Below are positions 18,714-27,399 of a stretch of DNA of 64,000 bases, one piece after another. The stretch comes from an uncultured bacterium. Lineage in GTDB: Bacteria > Fermentibacterota > Fermentibacteria > Fermentibacterales > JCC-6. A program made the position numbers and the translations under genes. Below the pieces are notes generated by a model that was not told the DNA's origin, made no database searches, and was given only the letters and a program-made list of their open reading frames with translations. The DNA lies in NCBI GenBank assembly GCA_965372215.1, contig CBDVBK010000008.1:50-64049 (forward strand), in the 5' to 3' direction. Numbering within the stretch: the first letter of the stretch is position 1; every line of letters starts with the position of its first letter.

Positions 18714-19874
18714 TTATGTATGCATTAACCGCAAAGCCAGAGTTCTGCAGCCTGTGATAGATTTTTCTCCGAATTTGTGGCGGATGCTGTCAACCGTGCT
18801 GTCAATCACTTTTTCCCTGTCTCCGAACATCTCCTGCTGACGCCCGGATTCCTGAGATAGTGAGCTGAGACATACACCTATCAGCCTTATTCTGGAATTT
18901 ACAGCGGAACGGGCTAGCATAGCGGCAACGCTGTAGAGAATTCTTGCGTTATCCGTTTGCCCTGAGAGAGCATATGCTCTGGAGCGGCGCTGCAGATTGC
19001 TCATCCTGTACTTCAGTGTAACTGTGCTTCCGGCAAGCCCTTTATCCCGTGCCCTGCGGGCCACCTTCTGGCACATCAGCGCAAGAACCGGAAGGTACTC
19101 CTCCGGCTCCAGCACATCCGTGCTGAAGGTATGCTCATTGCTTATTGACAGCGGTTGCGAAGCCAGATCGCCGGGAACAACAGGGGAATCATCGATTCCT
19201 CTGCAGAGATAATAGAGGCTGTCACCATGTTTTCCGAGAAGTGCCCGGAGCTGCTGCCGCGTGAATCTATGCAGATCCGCTATTTTTTCTATTCCAAGGC
19301 TGAGAAAACGCCTCTGCGTTGCCGGACCCACACCCCAGATTCTCCCCACAGGAAAATCAGTAATGTCGTCCGGTTTCAGTTCAACAATCCCTTTTGGCTT
19401 CGCCCTGTTCGAAGCCATCTTCGCGAGAAACCTGTTCTGTGCTATACCTGTACTGGCCCAGAGCCCTGTTCGGTCCAGAATTGCCTTCTGTATCCGTATG
19501 GCCAGTTCACGTGGTGATGAGCTTCCAACAACCCCGGTTACATCCATGAAAGCCTCGTCGATGCTGGCAGGATCAACTATCGGTGAGAATGAGAGCAGAA
19601 CCTGGAGTATCTTTCTGGTATAGGATGTATAACTTCCGTGACTTCCCGAAATGATGACCGCTTCCGGTGCCAGGCGCATGGCTCTTACTATGGGCATCCC
19701 GGAACTTATCCCTCTTTCACGCGCTTCGTAACTGCATGAGGCCACAACGGACCTGAGAGTTCTACCGCCGACGATGACCGGCTTTCCATTCAGCCACGGA
19801 AAGGAAAGGCGCTCCACCGATACAAAGTAGGTGTCCATGTCTATGTGAAAGATAGTGCGGGATGATGCTCTCAT
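18714..19874 (-). CDS. dinB: DNA polymerase IV (Y-family)
   Basis: HIDMDTYFVSVE, DEAFMDVTG and little-finger region, the classic DinB pattern. Confidence 0.9.
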   Translation of the reverse strand: MRASSRTIFHIDMDTYFVSVERLSFPWLNGKPVIVGGRTLRSVVASCSYEARERGISSGMPIVRAMRLAPEAVIISGSHGSYTSYTRKILQVLLSFSPIVDPASIDEAFMDVTGVVGSSSPRELAIRIQKAILDRTGLWASTGIAQNRFLAKMASNRAKPKGIVELKPDDITDFPVGRIWGVGPATQRRFLSLGIEKIADLHRFTRQQLRALLGKHGDSLYYLCRGIDDSPVVPGDLASQPLSISNEHTFSTDVLEPEEYLPVLALMCQKVARRARDKGLAGSTVTLKYRMSNLQRRSRAYALSGQTDNARILYSVAAMLARSAVNSRIRLIGVCLSSLSQESGRQQEMFGDREKVIDSTVDSIRHKFGEKSITGCRTLALRLMHT

Positions 19875-19886
19875 ATTTCAACCTTT

Positions 19887-19918
19887 TAAATAGTGACAGG
19901 CACGAATGTCACTATTTA
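19887..19918. repeat. Perfect 11-bp inverted repeat TAAATAGTGAC-N10-GTCACTATTTA between the small ORF and dinB
   Basis: Read directly in the sequence. It overlaps the stop codon of the 82-aa ORF. A related copy AAATAGT-N5-GTCACTATTT lies at 1230-1250. Confidence 0.6.
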
Positions 19919-20164
19919 TTCGGAGTAGTGGAAATCAAGAGTCCAGGTGAGATCAGATGTGTCAAAATGAATTTCATAAACATCTTCTTCTTCAGTGCGT
20001 ACAACGTAATGAAAAAGCGGATAAGCTCCGTCGCGGCTTTCCCATTTCGAGGATACCGAAGCGATATGGTACACATGGCCGTTCCACCTGAAACGGCACG
20101 GACGCACTGTTCCTCCGGTGAAATGACTGATCATTTCGACCGGTTCATCATACCTGGTCACCAC
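19916..20164 (-). CDS. Small hypothetical protein (82 aa) co-oriented with and immediately upstream of dinB
   Basis: GTG start with AAGGAGG 7 nt upstream; a 41 nt gap separates it from dinB; the putative SOS-box palindrome lies in its promoter. Confidence 0.5.
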   Translation of the reverse strand: MVTRYDEPVEMISHFTGGTVRPCRFRWNGHVYHIASVSSKWESRDGAYPLFHYVVRTEEEDVYEIHFDTSDLTWTLDFHYSE

Positions 20165-20193
20165 GCTCCTGCCTCCTTCATAACTCTAAAATA

Positions 20194-20209
20194 GTAAACG
20201 TATGTTTAC
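20194..20209. promoter_or_regulatory. Candidate LexA operator (Cheo-box-like palindrome GTAAACGTATGTTTAC)
   Basis: Perfect 16-bp palindrome AAAC-N4-GTTT resembling the Gram-positive-type LexA box GAAC-N4-GTTC, about 20-35 nt upstream of the small ORF–dinB operon. Confidence 0.4.
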
Positions 20210-20227
20210 CGGTCAAGTCTCAAGCAA

Positions 20228-20343
20228 GTGGGGTCGGGCCTCAAAACTTAGCATTAAGGGTCGGGGCTAAAAAATTAGCGTTTCTAATGCTAATTTTTAA
20301 GCCCTGACCCTTTGCTAAATGCTAAGTTTTGAGGCCCGACCCC
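20228..20343. terminator. ~115 nt near-perfect nested hairpin; probable terminator/insulator of the upstream operon, or a small palindromic element
   Basis: Outer 26-bp arms GGGGTCGGGCCTCAAAACTTAGCATT / AATGCTAAGTTTTGAGGCCCGACCCC are perfectly complementary. Inner 23-bp arms carry 2 mismatches. The element overlaps the stop codon of the GT2 gene. Confidence 0.5.
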
Positions 20344-21095
20344 TTTTGCAATGTTCGGTGAAGGCGCCAGATATCTCTCAGGGCTCTTGGGATTCTTTTT
20401 GTCAGCGGTAGCGGCGTAGCCCGGATCTCTCTCAGATGAATGGGGATTTCACGGATATTCACTCCGGCACGCTGTGCTCTGATTACGAATTCAGTTGGAA
20501 ACATGTCCAGTTCAAATCCACACCGGGCGGGAATATCCTCTATGGCTTTTCTCCAGATTACCTTCGGGCCATGAGTATCCGTTCCATCGTATCCGAGCAA
20601 CGCTCTGAGAAGAAATGTCAGTGTGAGAGTCGCAGCCTTTCGAACGAGGGGGCGTTTATCAGCTTTCCCCGCAAGAACCTTGGAACCCTGTACAAAATCA
20701 ACATTACCGGATCCGAGCAGCTTCAGACCTCGAATCCAGAAATCAAGATCCAGCACATCCAGATCATCAATTATGAGAATTTCCCCTTCAGCTTTGAGAA
20801 GGCCTGTTTTCATGGCAAGTCCGTAATTCGGATCAGGGAGGGATACTGAATGCAGGGAGGGATACTTCTCAGTGAGATCATGCAGAAGGTCTGCCGTGCT
20901 GTCCGTAGACCCATTCTCGATTACTGATATTTGAAATCCGGAAGGGAGCATTTCCAGAATCGGGACAAGCTGGCTTTCCAGAATTCCTTCCTCATTAAAA
21001 ACGGGAATGATGATCTCCACTGTTGAAGCGTTCTCCGGACAAGCATCCAGGAGAGATTCCGTATCCCGGTTCAAACCCCTGTTTGAATTTGTCAT
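20322..21095 (-). CDS. Family-2 glycosyltransferase (polyprenyl-phosphate sugar transferase-like)
   Basis: IIIPVFNEEG and IIDDLD (the DXD-type motif) in a GT-A fold N-terminal half. Confidence 0.78.
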   Translation of the reverse strand: MTNSNRGLNRDTESLLDACPENASTVEIIIPVFNEEGILESQLVPILEMLPSGFQISVIENGSTDSTADLLHDLTEKYPSLHSVSLPDPNYGLAMKTGLLKAEGEILIIDDLDVLDLDFWIRGLKLLGSGNVDFVQGSKVLAGKADKRPLVRKAATLTLTFLLRALLGYDGTDTHGPKVIWRKAIEDIPARCGFELDMFPTEFVIRAQRAGVNIREIPIHLREIRATPLPLTKRIPRALRDIWRLHRTLQKGSGLKT

Positions 21096-21805
21096 GATAC
21101 TTCTTTTCTTTTGCGCCCCATTCTGGCTACGAGCAGACTCATCTCAAACAGGACATATAGAGGAAGGGTCAGCATTATCTGAGTCAGCGGATCCGGAGGA
21201 GTCAGCAGAGCCGCTATGATAAGCAGCCCTACTATTATATGTCTTCTGAATCTTGCCAGAGAATGTGGAGTTACAACTCCCATCCTCACCAGTATAAGCA
21301 CCAGAACTGGAAGCTGAAATGCGATGCCGAACAGGAGAATGAACCTGCCGAGGAAACTGATATAGTTCGCAAGGCTCCAGTCTCCCGTGATATTTCCGGT
21401 TTCAAAACTGTGAAATACACCGAGCACCGGTTCAAGCATAAGGAACCAGGCAAATGCAGCTCCTGCAAAAAAAAGGAGAACCGAGATAACTGCCGCTCTG
21501 ACAGCTGTTTTCCTCTCCTTTCTGTACAATCCCGGAGAAACGAATCTCCAGAACTGATAGAATATTATCGGAGAGGAAACAATAATACCCGCAGCAAGCG
21601 AAAGATTGAGGTGGGCTGAGAAAGCCTCCGCCGGGGCAAGAGTCTGGAGTTTTTCGGGACCATGGCTGAGCACCAGTATCATCAGTTGTCTGCTGAACAG
21701 AAAGGATACAATCACAGAACCTGCAAGTACTCCCAGGACAATGAATATCCGCTTCCTCATCTCTTCAAGGTGCTCCCAGAAATTACCCTCGGTGATATTT
21801 TTCAA
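21092..21805 (-). CDS. tatC: Twin-arginine translocase subunit TatC
   Basis: Six-TM protein with TatC motifs (HLEEMRKR, FQFWRFVSPGLY, LLTPPDP). Confidence 0.9.
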   Translation of the reverse strand: MKNITEGNFWEHLEEMRKRIFIVLGVLAGSVIVSFLFSRQLMILVLSHGPEKLQTLAPAEAFSAHLNLSLAAGIIVSSPIIFYQFWRFVSPGLYRKERKTAVRAAVISVLLFFAGAAFAWFLMLEPVLGVFHSFETGNITGDWSLANYISFLGRFILLFGIAFQLPVLVLILVRMGVVTPHSLARFRRHIIVGLLIIAALLTPPDPLTQIMLTLPLYVLFEMSLLVARMGRKRKEVS

Positions 21806-21812
21806 TTTGGAT

Positions 21813-22913
21813 TTACGCTCTCAAAGAGGTTAGAACTTTCGGAAGAATTTCCTCTTCCTGATCAGTTGTCATATGAATCAGGCGGCAGTCACCCCAGTTG
21901 AAGGGAAGAGCCCAGATCCGCTCGCCTCTTCGGGTTTTCTTATCATGCTGAAGCAACCTGGAGAGTGCTTCAGAAGAAGGTATTCCTTCGATTTCCGTTG
22001 GCAGACCGCATAATTCCAGGTAGTGCTTTATCTCTTTCGGAAGGTTACTGTTTCCACCGAATCTGACAGCAATAGAGGCTTCAGCGATCATGCCAAGACC
22101 AACCGCTTCCCCATGAGACAGTTTGAATTCACTTGCGCTCTCAAGAACGTGTCCGACTGTATGCCCAAGGTTCAGAAGCATTCTTGATCCACTCTCAAGC
22201 AGGTCTTCAGAGACTATTTCACCTTTTACCCTGAGACACCTTTTTATCATCTCAAGAATCTGATCTGACGGATATCCCGCTTCGCTTACTTCCTGAATAA
22301 TGGTCTTGATTCCCGGATCACCTATCAGAGCTGTTTTCAACGCTTCTGCCATACCGTTCCGGAATTCCCGTTCGGGGAGTGTCTCAAGATATTCTGGTGA
22401 TATCACAATCATCTCTGCAGTGTGAAAAGTACCTATCTGGTTCTTTACTCCTGCAAGGTTCACACCGGTTTTTCCACCAAGACATGCATCCACCATTGAC
22501 AGAAGTGTGGTGGGAACGAGCATCAATCTCAAACCTCTGAGGTAAGTTGATGCTGCCATTGCACCTATATCACACGTCAGTCCGCCTCCTACTACAATAA
22601 CAGGAGTATCTCTCCGGACTCCTGCTCCTCCCATGCTTCCCCATATCTGATCGAGCGTAAATGTATTTTTCAGTTCCTCTGTGGCTTCCATCAGATAAAT
22701 GCCCGAAGATGTGGAAATAAGAGACTGCAGCTGATGATTCCACAGCCTTCCGACTTCCGAATCAACAACAAGAAAGGAACTCTTCCATTCGTCCGTCAGT
22801 TCCTTTATCCAGTTCAATCCATCAGAGCTTGTGCCTGCACTGGCATATGTGTGTACTACTGTAACAGCATCATTGATATGCAGATTAACATTATAATCCT
22901 TCATATTGCTCAC
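21813..22913 (-). CDS. aroB: 3-dehydroquinate synthase
   Basis: GGGLTCDIGAMAASTYLRGLRLMLVPTTLLSMVDACLGGKTGVN and the His-containing C-terminal metal site. Confidence 0.85.
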   Translation of the reverse strand: MSNMKDYNVNLHINDAVTVVHTYASAGTSSDGLNWIKELTDEWKSSFLVVDSEVGRLWNHQLQSLISTSSGIYLMEATEELKNTFTLDQIWGSMGGAGVRRDTPVIVVGGGLTCDIGAMAASTYLRGLRLMLVPTTLLSMVDACLGGKTGVNLAGVKNQIGTFHTAEMIVISPEYLETLPEREFRNGMAEALKTALIGDPGIKTIIQEVSEAGYPSDQILEMIKRCLRVKGEIVSEDLLESGSRMLLNLGHTVGHVLESASEFKLSHGEAVGLGMIAEASIAVRFGGNSNLPKEIKHYLELCGLPTEIEGIPSSEALSRLLQHDKKTRRGERIWALPFNWGDCRLIHMTTDQEEEILPKVLTSLRA

Positions 22914-24253
22914 GGCCCCCAGACAAACCAGATGAACGCGGCTCCGGCAATAGTTGCGGCAAGGGTGAAGGGAAGCCCGATTTTAACAAAGTCCATGAAG
23001 GATACTTTAAATCCGTTCTTTCTCAGGACAGATACGGATACAATATTCGCCGCGGCGCCAACCGGCGATATATTACCGCCAAGACAAGCTCCTATGAGCA
23101 AGCCGAATGTGAGATAGTAGTGACTCTGGCCATGATTACCCAGAGTCTGTGCTATTGCGTGTGTTACCGGAATCATAGCGGTAACATATGGAACGTTATC
23201 TATAAAAGCACTGAAAATCACAGAGCTTGTCACTACTAACAGGAAAGCCAGCAGCGGGTTATTGCCCGATACGCCTGCCAGAAATACACCTATTTTTTCC
23301 ATAACTCCAAGCTGCTCCAGAGCTCCAACCATGAAGAATATCCCGGCCAGCAGAAAGAGTGTATCCCAGTCAAATCCTCTCAGGATTGTTCTTGTAGATC
23401 GATTGCAATAGTTCTCTCCACATTTATTTCGAGGATGTTTCCTTCTGTAAAAAGAATGCCAGATAACACTGACCGCTCCGCCTGCAGCGCATAGGAGACC
23501 TGCTTCCAGACCGACACCCGGAAAAAAGAAACTGAGAATCGCAAGTCCAAGAATCACACCTGCAAGCACCCATGCCGGAAACCAGCTGCTTACTTCCGGG
23601 GCCTTCACCACAGGTAAGGCTCTTGGATCTCTTCTCAGAAGCTTGTGAAGTACAAAGAAAGAAGCTATGGCTCCAATCTGAACGGCAAAGAATATGCCTG
23701 GTTTTCCGTCCATAAAAAAGAAATCATTAAAATCCATGTTTTCCGCAGCTGCGAGAATCATACTGGGAGGATCACCAATAAGCGTAGCTGTTCCCTGGAG
23801 ATTACTGGCAACGGCAATTCCGATAAGGAGACCTACCGGATTCGCATCCAGTTTTTTCGCAACCGCAAGGGCTATGGGAGCAACGATCATAACAGTTGCG
23901 ACGTTTTCAACAAAAATGGAGATCACGCCTGAAAGGATACATAGATATATGGCTGCATGACCGTAATCCCTGGCTCTTGTAACAATGTGCGCTGCAAGAT
24001 ATCCCGGTATCCCGACTTCAATAAGGACTTCAGCAATCAGCAGAATTCCGGAGAATATAAGCAGTACACTGAAGTTGATCCCTGAGAAAACAGTACCCAT
24101 TTCATGCCAGCCTGCAAAGCATCCAAGTATCATGCTGCAAAGAATGGCAAGAGCAGCGGACAACCAGATTGCTGTTCCCCGTTTTTTATGAGCGACAGCA
24201 ATATAGGCGTACGCTGCCAGGAAGAAGATAGAAAATACCAGGCCTGAATTCAA
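22910..24253 (-). CDS. ArsB/NhaD-superfamily anion permease (CitMHS/YbiR-like)
   Basis: 447 aa polytopic transporter with an internal repeat and a GDPPSMILAA-type motif. Confidence 0.7.
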   Translation of the reverse strand: MNSGLVFSIFFLAAYAYIAVAHKKRGTAIWLSAALAILCSMILGCFAGWHEMGTVFSGINFSVLLIFSGILLIAEVLIEVGIPGYLAAHIVTRARDYGHAAIYLCILSGVISIFVENVATVMIVAPIALAVAKKLDANPVGLLIGIAVASNLQGTATLIGDPPSMILAAAENMDFNDFFFMDGKPGIFFAVQIGAIASFFVLHKLLRRDPRALPVVKAPEVSSWFPAWVLAGVILGLAILSFFFPGVGLEAGLLCAAGGAVSVIWHSFYRRKHPRNKCGENYCNRSTRTILRGFDWDTLFLLAGIFFMVGALEQLGVMEKIGVFLAGVSGNNPLLAFLLVVTSSVIFSAFIDNVPYVTAMIPVTHAIAQTLGNHGQSHYYLTFGLLIGACLGGNISPVGAAANIVSVSVLRKNGFKVSFMDFVKIGLPFTLAATIAGAAFIWFVWGP

Positions 24254-24255
24254 CT

Positions 24256-24909
24256 TCAGTTTCCCGTATGGTACTCTACAAGAGTCAAAGTGCTGTCAGC
24301 TGTGGAACTGGAAACCATTCCAACATTCGGAGCCAGCCATATGTGCCTGCTTACGGTAGTAGTCTCAGGGTTGAATCCGCTTACTCGTATCCAGTTCACA
24401 GTCGTCTCATACTGACGGATATGATAGCAATCCGACCATTCTCCATCAGGACTTGTTTCAATTCCGAGCACGGTTGAAGTTCTTTTCCAGTCATGGCTTA
24501 TTGTAACTCCCTGGTCGACTGCAAATGTTGAGATGCTGTCAATTCTTGTGTATCCGGAAACAAGAGGCCAGTCCAGCCATATCACCCATGCCTGATATAG
24601 AGGAACTTCATAGCCATTGAACATGACCCGATGATCTTCGTAATGTTCAAGCTGACCGTCTCCGTCAATCCAGTACGAGTAGTCCGCTCCGGAAAGAACC
24701 CTGTAACACGCTCTCTCTCCAACTTCTGTCTGATCGATAACTGTAACAATCAGGCTGCCGCTCTCATTAATTGAATACTCCCACTGGCTGCCTATACTGT
24801 TTATCGGAAAGTAGTCTGAACCCAACCTGTAAAACAGCGGATTCCTGTCACAGCCAACCAATGTCGCGATCAGTACAATTGACAGGACCGGTATCAGTAG
24901 CTTTTTCAC
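24256..24909 (-). CDS. Hypothetical lipoprotein
   Basis: Signal peptide and lipobox LVGC; overlaps its neighbour by 4 nt. Confidence 0.5.
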   Translation of the reverse strand: MKKLLIPVLSIVLIATLVGCDRNPLFYRLGSDYFPINSIGSQWEYSINESGSLIVTVIDQTEVGERACYRVLSGADYSYWIDGDGQLEHYEDHRVMFNGYEVPLYQAWVIWLDWPLVSGYTRIDSISTFAVDQGVTISHDWKRTSTVLGIETSPDGEWSDCYHIRQYETTVNWIRVSGFNPETTTVSRHIWLAPNVGMVSSSTADSTLTLVEYHTGN

Positions 24910-25433
24910 AATGTCACCACCCTGGAAATACCGAAAAGGAGAATGAATGAATCACCTGTTTCCATCTCACCAAGTACACTGGAGTAGTCTGCTCCCACTC
25001 TTCCCCTGAAGCCTGCTCCCATACTGAAATCCCATTTCATTCCGATTCTCCAGACAGGATCCCAGGATACAGGATCAGCTCCATTATTATTACTCAACGA
25101 ACTGCGGCAGATTCCGAATCCGCACTCTATCCCCGGATTGAATACATTACCCCAGGGTCTTAAGTAATAACCAACGTTTATTCCGGGTTTCACGAGAGTA
25201 AGGGTTACCGAGCCCTGGTCAGTACTTCCAAACACACTTCCATTAATCCCGCCTCCCACTTTAAGGGAAGGCGTTATGATCCAGGACGCGGACAATCCGA
25301 CATCCACTCCGGTACTCAGGCTGTTTCCCCATTGACCGGTGGGAAATGACGGACCTCCTGTCGCGACCAGTTCAATATCGATGGCCGCGCACGTTATCAT
25401 AGCAGCAAATGTCAGTATCATGGCATATCTCAA
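24906..25433 (-). CDS. Small outer-membrane beta-barrel protein (OmpW/OmpA-like)
   Basis: Signal peptide and a Gly-rich alternating-strand pattern; 4-nt overlaps on both sides. Confidence 0.5.
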   Translation of the reverse strand: MRYAMILTFAAMITCAAIDIELVATGGPSFPTGQWGNSLSTGVDVGLSASWIITPSLKVGGGINGSVFGSTDQGSVTLTLVKPGINVGYYLRPWGNVFNPGIECGFGICRSSLSNNNGADPVSWDPVWRIGMKWDFSMGAGFRGRVGADYSSVLGEMETGDSFILLFGISRVVTL

Positions 25434-26209
25434 TGCAACCTACCTCCTTGTAAATCCAGAGCAGGCAGCGCCATATCCTGCATACCGGTCAGGATTTTCA
25501 ATGATTCTCCCGCTACTTTTCTTAATGCGTTCTCCGCAAGACTTGGAAGGTTGTTCTCCTGACTCAGATGCGCCAGAACACATACTTCCAGATTCTTATG
25601 ACTAACCGAACCAAGCAGTTCTGCGGCAGCCTGGTTCGAGAGGTGACCGGTGGTTGACGCAATCCTCTGTTTCAGGCTCCATGGATAATTTCCCTCCCAT
25701 AGCATATCCTCATCATGATTGAATTCCAGAACAAGTGCAGTACATCCGGAAAGGCTTTCCTTTACCAGAGGACTGGACTGCCCAAGATCAGTGGCGATTC
25801 CAAGCCGTCCGTAATCCCATTCAATTACATATCCTGATGGATCAGCTGCGTCATGAGCAACACTGAACGCGCTTATCGAATATGCTCCAAAATCAAAACT
25901 GGTTCCATTTGGAAACACAATAGCCTCCTGAATTTTACCCAGTCTGTATCTGGAAGCGTTCAATGTTCCATCTGTGGCAAAAACAGGAATTCTCCACTTT
26001 CTTGAAAGCACGCCGGCTCCTTTTACATGATCTGAGTGTTCATGACTTACAAATAGTGCTTGAGGATGTATGCCTGAAAAACCGGAATCAACAAGTCTGG
26101 ACGTGTGAACCTTCCCGCTCAATCCTGCGTCTATGAAAATCATTACCCCGTCATGTTCTACTGTAAAAGCATTGCCCCTGCTTCCGCTGGCAAGTACACC
26201 AAGCCTCAT
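25430..26209 (-). CDS. MBL-fold metallo-hydrolase
   Basis: HEHSDH metal-binding motif in the YycJ/PhnP-like pattern. Confidence 0.85.
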   Translation of the reverse strand: MRLGVLASGSRGNAFTVEHDGVMIFIDAGLSGKVHTSRLVDSGFSGIHPQALFVSHEHSDHVKGAGVLSRKWRIPVFATDGTLNASRYRLGKIQEAIVFPNGTSFDFGAYSISAFSVAHDAADPSGYVIEWDYGRLGIATDLGQSSPLVKESLSGCTALVLEFNHDEDMLWEGNYPWSLKQRIASTTGHLSNQAAAELLGSVSHKNLEVCVLAHLSQENNLPSLAENALRKVAGESLKILTGMQDMALPALDLQGGRLH

Positions 26210-27399
26210 AATTCAGCCTCTTCATCATTCAAAACACAATGAAATACAGCTGAATCGATCGGATACTCCGGATACCCTGTCTGGCCCCAGAAATTTTTCA
26301 GCACCCATGCACTGTCAGAGGACAGTGAGTTAAGACTGAACACACAAATACCGCTGCATCCTCGCGAAAGGGCTTCCTGCGCGCCAATCAGTGCGGAAGT
26401 AATCGACTGATTGTAAATACCTATTCCATGAACTACTCTTGACGGATGGATACCGGTTCCGAGAATCGCCAGTTCTCTTGCCTTCGCTGCATCTGTGGTA
26501 TAGACCATCGTACAGACAAAATCAACAAGTCCCGCAGAAAGCCAGTATCTCCAGTCACAGGAATAATAGTTTGCCGCTTCGTATGGATCAGCCATTACAG
26601 CACACGAAAGAAGTGTTCCCGGTGATTCTCCCCTTAAAGCGGATCTCACCGTTTCCACTGTCAAGGTAACCTGACTGGTTTTCCATTGAGACCACAATTC
26701 AGACAGTTCTTCCGAACCACTGTTCCTTCTGAAGAGGTCCAAAGGATCTCTTCCCGTTTTGAAATAGAAAGCTTCCACTGAGGATGATTCAAATCCAAAG
26801 AAGGGATTTGGATAGCGAATGTAATCAAGATGTATTCCATCAACGTTGTACTCAGTCGCGATTTCAACGGCGATATCCGCGATAAATTCACGAACCTCGG
26901 GTACTGAGGGAGACAGAGTAGCTCCTACAAGTCCTTTTTCCTCGCATTCCATGCGCGAGTAATCTCTGCTTGAACGACCATATCTGTCAGCAATAAACCA
27001 ATCAGGGTTGGAGTGCCAGATATGTGTGGAATCAGAAGGCGGTTGCGGAGCGGACCAAACAAGAAACGCATTCACCCATGCATGAACTTCCATTCCGCGA
27101 GGGCGAGCTCTGGTTATGATGTATTCAAGCGGATCGAAATCCTGCTGAAAAGCGGCCAGTGGAAGTATGGAGGAATCATAGTAGGCTTCCGCTCTGCCTA
27201 CTACCTGAACAATAAGACCATTTGCTCCAGCTGCTGCTGCATTCTCTATAAGCGCATCTATAGCTTCAGGGCTGGTCAGTCCATCTCTTACAACCCAGAA
27301 GTATCTGCCGGCACATACAGGAGCAGTTCCCTGGACTGATCCTGCGAAAATCAGCATGAGCGTAAGTAATACCGGTAATCCTGTCTTCATATTTCTCAC
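26206..27399 (-). CDS. Secreted glycoside-hydrolase-like protein (GHL10/DUF4015 family)
   Basis: Signal peptide plus a TIM-barrel-like pattern (VDGIHLDYIRYP). Confidence 0.65.
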   Translation of the reverse strand: MRNMKTGLPVLLTLMLIFAGSVQGTAPVCAGRYFWVVRDGLTSPEAIDALIENAAAAGANGLIVQVVGRAEAYYDSSILPLAAFQQDFDPLEYIITRARPRGMEVHAWVNAFLVWSAPQPPSDSTHIWHSNPDWFIADRYGRSSRDYSRMECEEKGLVGATLSPSVPEVREFIADIAVEIATEYNVDGIHLDYIRYPNPFFGFESSSVEAFYFKTGRDPLDLFRRNSGSEELSELWSQWKTSQVTLTVETVRSALRGESPGTLLSCAVMADPYEAANYYSCDWRYWLSAGLVDFVCTMVYTTDAAKARELAILGTGIHPSRVVHGIGIYNQSITSALIGAQEALSRGCSGICVFSLNSLSSDSAWVLKNFWGQTGYPEYPIDSAVFHCVLNDEEAEL

